Part shown: positions 25,066 through 35,403 of the stretch, in pieces
Layout of the letters: each line of letters opens with the position of its first letter
Position numbering within the stretch: position 1 is the stretch's first letter
NCBI GenBank assembly: GCA_965649825.1
Contig: OZ287697.1
Span: forward strand, 1,908,351 to 1,972,350
Reading direction: 5' to 3'
Origin: Penicillus capitatus
Taxonomy: Eukaryota; Plantae; Chlorophyta
Length of the DNA stretch: 64,000 nt
Notes under the pieces: generated by a model
The model's input: the letters and a program-made list of their open reading frames with translations, nothing else
The model's database searches: none
Told to the model about the DNA's origin: nothing
Translations under genes and position numbers: made by a program

Positions 25066-26732
25066 ATGGCCTCGTTCTTCGTATCGCTCGAAGGCGATGA
25101 GCGCAAACAGGTACCCGCCGCCTTCTGTGCGTTTTTTTGCGTTCTGTCCTCGTACTACACTCTGCTGCCGCTCAGAGACGAACTGGGTCTTCGGATTGGT
25201 GCGAATCTCGTGCCGTCGCAGGCAGACTGTATGTCATGGGTGGGTGGTATCTAGGAACGTCCTATCTCCCTGCGCTCTTTGTGGCATCACTTGTCGCGAC
25301 GACAGTGGCGGCGCCGTCAGCTAGTGTCTTTCTCAGCAGGCCAGGGCAGCCAAAGCCGCGTCTCCTGAGTCAGCTCTTCCTATGCGTCGCCGGTGTCCTG
25401 CTCTGTTTCTATCTCCTCTTTCGGTGCGTTCACGACACCGACGGCGCCGTCGTCTCTTCCGCATCCCATCAGCAAGCGACGAACGAAAGACCCTTGCCTG
25501 TTCGCGCATCTGGACGACTCGACCTGACAACGGCACAGCGAAGTATATTTGTGGCTTTCTATCTGTGGGTAATCCAATCGCTGACGATTGTGGCATGGAA
25601 CCTGTCGGCGTCCTGACAGGTCGGTGTCCAAAACCTCGTCTGCATTTCGTCTATCTGGGCACGGTGCGCCGAACTCTTCTCCAACGCATCTGCCAAACGA
25701 CTGTACGGTTTTATCGGAGCTGGATCCACTCTTGGTCAGATCTGCGGTTCAGCGCTCACGAAATACCTCCTGCACAAGACACGTGTGTCCCTCCCTTTCT
25801 CTCCAGGCATCCACCGTGTGAAATGTAGTCGTTGTATCTGACGGGCCGCCGCCTTACGACTTGATCCTTCTCTCTGCCGTCTTCATCGTCGCCGCCACTT
25901 TCTTCCTCTATCGACTCGACGGTCCGACGCAACGGGAGGCGCGATCTCGCAAGGCCCCAACGATGTCGCAGCTTCTGGATGGTTTCGGGTACGGCGATCG
26001 TTGCCGGACGATGGTCATGTGTGAAGCTATAGGCTGATCTGGAGATCGCCTTATTTGCTGCATCTCTGTGTCTACATGCTCGTCAACTACGCCGTCGCTT
26101 CTCAGTTCTACTTCGAAAAGGCGCTCGTTGTCGAAACCGCTTTGAATCCATCGCCACATCGCACGTCCTGGTTTGCGACGCTCAATCTCATCTCTGGAGC
26201 CTTCATCGCCGCAGCGCAGCTCACACTCACAGGCAGTCACCCCTCACCCCTCCTCCATCACACATACCTAACGCTCGATACAGGTCACCTGCTAACGCGT
26301 CTCGCCTTTACGACTGTCCTCTCCATTGCACCCATCGCCTGCGGACTGAGTATGGCCTTTGTCGCCGTCGCCGCCAAACCTGACATCATTGGTTCGTCTC
26401 GGAAACGGTTAACAAAGACTCCCTTGCGTTTCTGTATAGGAATGGCGGAGATCGTGCGCAAGATCCTCACCTTCGCTGTCGCTCGGCCCGCTCGAGAGAC
26501 ACTCTTCACCGTTCTCTCCGACGACGAGCAGTACAAAACAAAACTCCTCATCGACACGATCTTCCAGCGTCTGGGCGATGTTCTCGGCGCTCTGCTCTTT
26601 CAGCTGTTCCACGGCGTTCTCTCTTTTGGCCCGTGCGGCGTGGCCCTTGTCACCACATGTCTTTGTTTGGTGTGGGGCCTTGTCGGTTGGACACTCGCTC
26701 GGCGACATGCACTCCTCGTCTCGGTGACGTGA
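25066..26732 (+). CDS. TLC/NTT-like (ATP:ADP antiporter family, MFS fold) transporter (multi-exon)
   Basis: FFCVLSSYYTLLPLRDE, RLYGFIGAGSTLGQ, FAVARPARETLFTV..EQYKTKLLIDT..QRLGD. Confidence 0.88.
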
Positions 26733-26737
26733 CATCT

Positions 26738-28956
26738 ATGTTCTCGCGATGGTCGAACGGACAACAGGTTCGCGTGGTATACGTAAACGATCGAATCATT
26801 TCTTGACTCCAGAGCAGGTCCCGCGTTTCCACTGCGACCACTGCAAGCGCGACATCTCACGCAAGATACGCATCAAGTGTGCCGACTGCGCCGACTTTGA
26901 CCTCTGCGTCGAGTGCTTTGCTGTCGGCGTCGAGTCGCAAGAGCACAAGAAGACACATAGGTGCCGTCATGCATCGACCCCGCTGCACCCTCGAAACGGA
27001 TTTTGGCGAGCAGATATCGCGTGATTGATGACTTGAGCTTTGCCGTGTTTTCATCATCCTGGGGTGCCGACGAGGAATTGCTCTTCTTTGATGGGATCTG
27101 TGACTTTGGTATCAGTAACTGGGAAGCGGTGGCTCATGTTGTCGGCTCCAAATCGGCAGACGCATGCAAACAGCATTACATCGAGGTATGTTCGATCGCA
27201 GACCGTTACCATGACGGTTCTCACTCTTTGCCTCTCGGTCACTCTTTTGTGGCGGCAGCTCCTGGAGAAGCAGCATTGGCTGGACGATGAGCCTCTGCCT
27301 TCCGATCCACCGACGACCAAAGGCAACACCGTGATGGCAGATTCTCTCTAGAGGAGACGGACGGTGTGCTTACAGATGTCATGGCCTCTGCTTTTCCATC
27401 CAGTGTCTTTTCTGACGTGTTCGGTCCAAGTCCCAAAAACCTCTCACCTGCATCGAGCATTGATGGGACGGTCTCTTCTCTTACGGAGGATGAGAGGGAG
27501 ATGCCCAATGCACAGGAATGGATTCTGCCAGGAGTGGGAGAGACATTGAAGTCGACTGCGGCTGATGGCCATCCAGGGAGTGATGCCGATGGGACGTTGA
27601 TGGAATCAGATGCCGACATGGCATTGGACGACGGCAAGGAGGACCCACTGCCACCTCCAGAGCACACACCGCCCACGCCACCCATAGCAACAGGCATTTT
27701 CTCTTGGTTTAGCATCTAGGATAACCGTCGATGTCAGGGAATGCTGCTTTGGAGGATGAGACGTCGGACGAGGAGATGAAGGAAGACAGAGAGACAGAAG
27801 AGACAGGTCCAGCGCCGAGCGAAGCACCGGAGTGTGGTGGGAAGGCCGAGGCCGTTCCTGAGAAGCGTACCCCCTTCAAGCACGCATCCCTGCATCCTGT
27901 CCAAGGTCGCGCACCGATCGTCCTGACGATAACCAGTGCATAGCGTCGATGTCTGGGTGTGCACTAGGGCCGCCGCTTCCCGGCAGGAGTCTGAGCTCCT
28001 TTGATACCAATGCAGGGGAAGTGACTGGCTTCAATCCGTTTCGAAGAGAATTTGATCCTCCGTACGATGTCGGAGCCGAACAGATGATTGCGGATCTCGA
28101 ATTCCACGACGACGACCCGGAAGACGTCACCAGAGCAAAGCTCAAATTGCTGCACCTCTATCGATGGCGCGTCCACGAACGCGAACGCAGGTGAGTTCTC
28201 ACACATTTCTCACACTTTGGCCAGACATCTCTTCTCCAGAACGGAGCTGCTGAAGAAAAACGAATACGGATTGATGGATGTGCGGAAGATCATGGCGATG
28301 GAACGCGCTTGGAACGCAAGCGAACGCTTCGCCGACCTCCGTCCGTTTGCCCGGTCCCTTCACGCCACCCTCTCCTTCTTAGAAATGTCTTCCCTTCAGA
28401 TTCACAAGTCTGGAGAAGGTCGAACGCCTTGCCAAAGGACTGTGCTTTGAGCGGACGTTGCGTCGACGGATCCAGGAACTCCAAGAGGTAACAGGGGATG
28501 TATGCATCAGATGCCGGTGTCTATACAGCGTTTGCATCGCAGGCACGTGCGACAGGATGTCGCACTTTTGCCGAGATTCGATCCAGGAGCAAAGATGTTA
28601 AGGGACCGCGTTTTCCGGAACGGACGTCGGCTCAGCTGATCGGCAAATGGAAGCGCTGTCATCCAGAGCTCTCGGAAGATCTCGTGCATCGCACCTCGGT
28701 GCCAGAGCTCAGCGAAAGGGAGCGATCGTTCTGTTCAGAAGTGGGCTTCAGTCCGTGGCAATTTGCCGTTCTTCGCGATCGGCTGCTGCGCGAAGCGGAG
28801 GAAAGCGGCGGCCGGTTTTCGAAGATTCTCGTTCGGAGCTTCTTTCGCCTAGATACCTCGCAAGCTGTTAAGCTCTTCGATTTCTTCGTCAACGAAAAGA
28901 GAATCATCAATTCGGACAGAGATCTGATGCGAGATCCCAAAAAGAGCTGCCCTTAG
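26738..28956 (+). CDS. ADA2: Transcriptional adapter ADA2 (ZZ finger, SANT, SWIRM); start at 26738 or 26749
   Basis: HCDHC..IRIKCADCADFDLCVECF; WGADEELL..NWEAVAHVVGSK (SANT); GFNPFRREFDPPYDVGAE; C-terminal SWIRM. Confidence 0.94.
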
Positions 28957-29077
28957 CCATCCGCATCGGCGGCTGACCCAATAAACGGCCCAGTACAGCA
29001 GGCCTCTGATAAACGATGTTCAGCATTCGATTAATGCAAAAATCAATCGCACGAGGTCTTTCGGTTTCTGTCGCGCG

Positions 29078-30012
29078 ATGATGAGCGGGTTTGACGAGAC
29101 GCTTCTCAGGACAACAATGCAGGTGTCGTTGCTCCGTTTCTGTTTTTCGCGATACCAGCTTTGACTGGCAGGACGTCGTGGCAGAAGTTGAAGACGCTGA
29201 CGTTGTGCGTCTCTGCGTACGTTGTCCTCTTCTTGCCAGCTCGCTTTTCATTCAATGTGCAGATGGATTTCGTTACGAGACTGGGGGCGACGCTGAATGC
29301 CTATGTTCCGAAGGAAAGGTAACCGCACCGTCCGTATACTTCGCATCCGGCAGAAATGGCGATGCAGTGAACAGGAAGTCGAATCGGTTACTGTGCAACG
29401 CGAAGTTCGTCGGTTGCAAACAGAGGTCAGAAACGCCGCCGGGAAATGCGGCGGCTATAGACACGATGCGTTTCTGTAGTATGAGGAGGTCTTGAATCGC
29501 GTTCAGTCCTTGCGAGAGAGTGTTCCGCAACGCACCGAGGAAGATATCGAGAAAGAGATGACACGTTTGGGGCACTATATCGAACAAGGCAAGCGACAAG
29601 ACCCGTCTTTTGCACTGGCCTTATCTAGAGCGACAGATCTTCCGAGATGCGATGAAGATGTGGAGATGGAAAAGGTCGTCACCGATGCCGCCGCCGACCG
29701 TTCGAGCGAACTCGCTTCTTCGCTCCATGATCTCAAGACGAAACTGCAGGAGACGTCGCTTCTGAAGTGCTGCATATAGGATACGAAGGATGCGCCGCAA
29801 AGCGTTGTGCTGGTTGTAGTGCCAAGATGCAAACGGCAGGGCGACGCGTGTCGCAGATGGTGTCCCTGTTGCGCGCACGACAGAATCGTCCAGCATCACC
29901 GCGAACACCGCGCTCCTCGAGCACTCTTCCCTCGCCGCAGATGGCACATCCTGGGCGGCTCTTTGAGACCGACGAGATGTGGGTGGACTCTGGCCTCTCG
30001 CTTGGCGATTGA
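29078..30012 (+). CDS. Coiled-coil protein, possibly kinetochore NSL1/Mis14-like (multi-exon)
   Basis: Five GT-AG introns join into one ORF; VRLCMDFVTRLGATL and YEEVLNRVQSLRESVPQR resemble recalled NSL1 segments. Confidence 0.5.
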
Positions 30013-30580
30013 CCTGACAGATGTAAAGATCCTTCCTTCTACGTATGTAACGGTGTCATTTCTCACTCTTTTTTTCAATCTACTTAACGTCACATCATTA
30101 CAGAAGATCACATAAAACAAACGTCTCCTTGCTAGAGGATGATCGCCCACCCCGTGCACTCAGCGTCATGATGTGACGTTTAGAACGTCGACGTCACCAG
30201 CGAATGTGCGTGCTGCCGCGTGGCTGATGTCAAGAAATCTTGATTCGACGATGCGCCACCATTCTCACCATTATTTTTTACAAATACAAAAGTGAGTATC
30301 ACCACGTCGCCCTCACCACCTTCGCAGTCAGAGCATTGCGCAATGTGGTTGATGCAATGCCAGCAGCGCATGCAGATTGATCCACACGACACAGAATATC
30401 CACCATCAACCTTTCCCTTTCAATCCTCTCGATAAAATCACCCTCGAGTCGCGGAAGAAAGTCACATGTTCAAACAGAAAACAGCACACCTAACACTTCT
30501 GATAACGGGTCTGCGTTATACAGCCGCAGTTATCCCTCGCTAGCCGCTCTTTTACGACAGACTCCTTCAAAAGAATAGGT

Positions 30581-31246
30581 TCAGGACGTAACGTCACTGT
30601 ATTGTTCCGCCGCCACCGCCGCCATGCGATCCGTCAGCTGTGCACGGAGTTCTTGAATCTCACGTTCTTTCTCTTCGATCTCGCGCTTCTTTTCGTTGAA
30701 GAGATCGGCGCATCGAGCGTAAAGCGTCTTTCGGCTGTGTGTTGCGTCCTTGACTTCTTGTTTCAATGCTTGCATGTCTTGTTCGATTCCCCTCTGAGCT
30801 TCGCGATTTTCAACCGCCATAACCGATACACAGGCCGACAGCTCGCAGGCAGTCGTGAGAAATGAAAGGATACAGGGGGCCACTTCGGTCGGGTGCAGTA
30901 AAATGCGGCCCATTCCTCGCAGCTGCGCATCGGACAATGGCCAAGACCATCGTAACTCACGAGCGTCGTCGTTCTCCACCGAAAACTCAAAATTGAATAC
31001 CGTCACCGAATCTGAATACCCCAATGCCTCACGGGCTCTTTCTACCCACGTCTCATGGCCGACGGCAGTCGATGGTGGACTCGTACAACGCACTGCTCTC
31101 CAGGCTTTGGCCCCGTCCGTTGCATCCACATCAAATTCAGCGTCGTTCCACCATTTTACTAGCAGATATAGACTACCCCCTTCTTCCGTATCAATACGTT
31201 TACAGACTGTCTTCGCGATGGCCGCCATGACGGATGAAGATGACAT
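30581..31246 (-). CDS. XRCC4: DNA repair protein XRCC4-like
   Basis: Beta-rich head (FDVDATDGAKAW) plus long helix with LYARCADLFNEKKREI, matching the ligase-IV-binding segment. Confidence 0.78.
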   Translation of the reverse strand: MSSSSVMAAIAKTVCKRIDTEEGGSLYLLVKWWNDAEFDVDATDGAKAWRAVRCTSPPSTAVGHETWVERAREALGYSDSVTVFNFEFSVENDDARELRWSWPLSDAQLRGMGRILLHPTEVAPCILSFLTTACELSACVSVMAVENREAQRGIEQDMQALKQEVKDATHSRKTLYARCADLFNEKKREIEEKEREIQELRAQLTDRMAAVAAEQYSDVTS

Positions 31247-31335
31247 AAACGAGACAGGATGTCGTTTGAGGTTGAACCGTTTGGCCGACAGCAGAAGCCG
31301 TTGACTGGACGGCGCGAGATGAGTCATTTGCCGTC

Positions 31336-32535
31336 ATGGGCGACGCACGCGAACGCGCATCCCGCTCAAAAGAACGCTCTTCGCGTCGGCATCGTTCTCG
31401 TTCGAGGTCTCGCGACCGACATCGCCGACGACGTGACCGCTCGCCCCGAACACGCGAACGGAGCAACAGTCGAGAAGACGGACGCCGTCGACGTCGACAC
31501 TCGCGCGAACGCAAACACGAACGCACACGCGTCGACTCTCGCTCGCCGCGGCGCAGTCGAACGCGCAAGTCTGCTTTCAGTGGTCCAGGAGAGGGCACAG
31601 AGGTCCAGGAAAGGCACTCAATGGGAAGACGGTTTTGATGGGTGGGCCTGTTATAGGCTCAGTCACTGCAGCAACTCCAGCAGCAGCAACTCCATCGTCA
31701 GTTACTGGCTCAACAGCTGCTTCTGCAGCAGAGCGCCTTGTCTGGCACCACTGCTCTGATCGCGAACAAGAAACAAAGAGAGGTGTATGTGGGGAACCTC
31801 ACGATCGGCATCGTCAATGCAGACATGCTGCGTGAGCTTTTCAACGGCGCCCTGTCCTCTCTCGTGCCGGATCCGGTGACGAATCCTCCAGTCGTGAGCG
31901 TGAATATGGATGCTTCCGGTGTGTTATCTCTGATGCGTGTCGGCGGTGATATGATGTGATGTGACAGGTCGGTTTGGTTTTGTGGAGATGCGCAGTGAGG
32001 AACTGGCCAATGCAGCGATGCAGATGGACAAAGTCGAGCTCTGTGGACGTCACGTCAACATCGGAAGACCACGTGGCTACATCGAACCTCCGACCAGTGT
32101 CGTGGCCCAGACCAAGCTCGGTATGGCTGAGCAATTCGCCAAGACCCTCTCTGGCAGTGCCTCCAAGACCGTCCTTCTGGAGAACATGCTTTCGCCCGAA
32201 GACCTCAATCAGCCCAATGCCCGAGATGAGGTGAGATCCAGCTTCGTTAAGGAAGTGCTGAGAGGGTCGTGTGGTGTGCGCAGTTGATGGATGAGGTGCG
32301 ATCCGAATGTGAGAAATGGGCGTCGGTTTTAGGTGTGGCCTGTCCCACTCCGCCCGAATCTGTCCAGGGCGTTGCCGCTTCGAGAGTGTATGTCAAGTTA
32401 TCGACGTCCGATGAGGCCAAGAGGACAAAAGAGTTTATGGATGGTCGTAGTTTCGACAATAATACCGTGACATGTACTTTGGTGCCGGACACCGATTTCG
32501 CTAGGGCTGAAAAGGGCGAGTGGATCACGGCATGA
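31336..32535 (+). CDS. U2AF large-subunit-like splicing factor (RS domain, Q-rich linker, one RRM, UHM)
   Basis: RS repeats; QREVYVGNL..GRFGFVEMRSEELANAAM..RPRGY; UHM VLLENM..EVRSECEKW..DGRSFDNN. Confidence 0.85.
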
Positions 32536-32800
32536 TGATGTGACAGCTAGCATCAAGAACCCCTCGTCCTGCATCGACTGAAGCGCCCCGTTTGGCGTAG
32601 CTGGTGAGATTTTGTGGCTCTGTGTCTATGATTCCCGGGACTAATCTGTGTTTTTTGTGTTTGTGTGCTGTGCTTGTGTGTGACTGTTTGTGTGGACAGA
32701 TGATGTCAGCTCTCGGCAACGTCAGACTGTGAATCTCAAACGCAGCTTCTGCTGTAATAGATGCCTGCGTTATCTCAACCACCCACCCGACCATTAGCTC

Positions 32801-34053
32801 ATGCAGTATACGGCCAGGTCTTGCATCGATGTTGCCTTGCGGAGCTTCGCTTCGAAGGCGGCACTTCCCCTTGCGACGATCAAGAAACTGCGCGATCTGA
32901 GTGGCGCGCCGATCGTTGACGTCAAGAAGGCGCTTGAAGAGACGCAGTACGATTTTGGTAAGCGTTGTTGAAAAAGAACGGTGAAGGAGAAAGGGTTTTA
33001 GATTCGGCATATGAGGCGTTGCGACTCAAAGGACTGGCGGCCGCCGACAAGAAGGTCTGTCTGCATACACTGCTGCGCCGCGTCGGTTAAGTGGACGTTA
33101 GGCGACGCGGTTGGCGACAGAAGGACTGGTCGGCGTCGCAGCGACGACGCAGAGAGCGGCAGTAGTGGAAGTGCGTATCTGCCGTGGCATCGAACTCGCA
33201 CAGGAGAACGGCGTAGGTGAACTGCGAAACGGACTTCGTGGCAAGGAATGAAAAATTCGGCAGCTTTGTGCAAAGCGTGGCCCAGGCAGTTCTCGACCAG
33301 GGAACCGCATACGGTAGATTTCGCCCTGTAAAAGCCACCGTTGTGTATGGCATGGCATCATAGGCGCAACACAGCAGCTCACTTCCGAAACGTTTCTGCA
33401 GTTTAGGATGCCCACTCCATCATCCACCATGTCTGTTTATCGTCACTCTTGAAATGATGTGACAGATGATGTAAGACAACAGGATCGAAGAGGCAGCAAA
33501 GGTGTTGTCTGGATCGATCCGTGAGAAGATTCACGTGCGACGGGCTTTTCTTCTGTCCTCCGCTGGACGTCTATACACTTACTGTCACAATGCGCCGCCG
33601 GGAGGCGTATCTGGACTCGGCAAGATTGCTTCCGTCGTGTCGATCGAGGCACCGAACGGGGAATCTTTGGAAGATCGTGCGATCCAGGCATTGCAGGAAA
33701 CTGCGTTGGGACAGCAACTGGCGATGCATGTCGCCGGAATGAAACCGCTTTACCTTGATGCGACTTCGATCGATGCCGAGCACTTGACCAAAGAACGCAC
33801 CCTTCTGCACCAACAAGCGTCCAAATCGGGCAAACCGTCAAACATCGTGGAGAAGATCGTGGAAGGACGACTGAAAAAATTCTACGAAGAATTCTGCCTA
33901 TTGGATCAGAAATTTGTCCTCGACGACGATCGGACCGTCGCCCAAGTCCTCCTTCAGTTTTCGCAAGACCATGACCTCCCCCATCCACTCACCATCAGCG
34001 CCTTTTCTCGCATGCAGTGTGGTGAGGGCATAGATCTGACATCCGACGTTTAA
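32801..34053 (+). CDS. TSFM: Elongation factor Ts, mitochondrial (multi-exon; start approximate)
   Basis: IKKLRDLSGAPIVDVKKALEE, EGLVGV, EVNCETDFVARN, LAMHVAGMKP, SGKPSNIVEKIVEGRLKKFYEE.CLLDQ. Confidence 0.94.
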
Positions 34054-34079
34054 GACAGACGTTTTTTGAAGGTGATACA

Positions 34080-35104
34080 ATGTCGACGCTCCCATCTTTC
34101 CTGCTGACGCGCGCGAGCAGTACGTTTGTCGTCGGATACCATTTCCCATGTCTCGACGGCATCTTCGCCGCGCTCGTCGCTCGGGAGAAGTTCAGACAGA
34201 TGGACCGCCATTGCCGTTTCGTTCCGCTCAGCAGTTCGCACGTTCCTCAAGTCGAGCGCCTATCGCTCCGCCGCAACGACACGGCTCTGCTGTTGGATTT
34301 CGCCGGAACTCGGGACTTCATCGAGCGCCTTGCCCAGTCCTGTCTTCGCGTCGTCGTTGTGGATCACCACGTCACGACACACGAAGCACTGAACAGCGCT
34401 CCGTTGCCGTCCAACGTCGAAGTGCATTACGATCTCAATCGCTGTGCGGCGTCGCTGGCTTTGGACGTCTTTGCACCGGTCCGACTCTCCCCACACATAC
34501 GACAGATGATCAAGTAACCAACACACGTCGCCTGTTGACACACAGCAGCGTGGACGGATGGACTGTGTGCAGACTGGTCGAAGATTCGGATCTTTGGAGA
34601 ATGGCTTTGCCCCAGACGCGATGGTTCCGTGCCGGTATGGGCGCGCTCAACCTCGACTACGATGCTCAGAGGCATCCCCAGATTTTTGACGCACTGCTCG
34701 CGTTGGATCTCGATGCCGTGTTGAAGAAAGGTCAATCGGTGCATTCCCAGCAGAGCATAGAAGTGGACAGTGCGCTGCGGACGGCGTTTCGGGTGGATCT
34801 TGGTGGACGCGAGATGCCGTGGGGTCAGTGTCTTGCCGTCGAAGGCTTGCAGTTCCGTCGTCTGCGCAGCGATATCGGCAATGTATTGGCACATGAGTCC
34901 CACAGACAAGGCATGCGCGGCATTGGCGTCGTGGCCTACTGTGAGCCACAGCTTCATGATCGCTCCAAGATCAAAGTGAGCTTTCGAAGCATCGAAGCCG
35001 AAGACACGACGACGATATCCGTCGCCCTGGGTGGAGGAGGACACAAGAATGCAAGCTCCTGTGTGATCGGCCTCACAGAGTTTCAGCGATGGCGGCTGCG
35101 TTAA
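34080..35104 (+). CDS. DHH/DHHA1-family phosphoesterase (two exons)
   Basis: YHFPCLDGIFAA, VVVVDHH, EDSDLW, VSFRS, LGGGGHKNASS. Confidence 0.88.
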
Positions 35105-35403
35105 CCGTCGCAGACACCCTTAATGAAAAGTGTGACCTATGTCATTGTGTGATACGGAAGAATCATGACTCGGCTTTACATTCAAGAGTATGAGCAGAGA
35201 AAGGAACCTACAGTAGCTCCCATCGCAAATGGCTCCTGGAGCCAAGGATAATTAACGTCATGCACACACGCTGCATGCTATAACAACGCAATAGCCTCTT
35301 ATTCGGGACGACTTGATTCGTCTTCCAGAACGTTTGAGCTTTTATTGAGGCTGTCGAAAGGAAACAGATGTTCGACCGATACGTGTGGCAACGAAATGCA
35401 TAG

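Noticed and set aside
32645-32700. GT-rich tract after the U2AF-like gene
   Set aside because: Low-complexity 3' flank; no regular repeat unit or assignable function.
34427-35044. Long antisense ORFs (also 1282-2004, 30855-31304, 44829-45332)
   Set aside because: They are shadows of real genes on the other strand, expected at this GC content, and carry no motifs.
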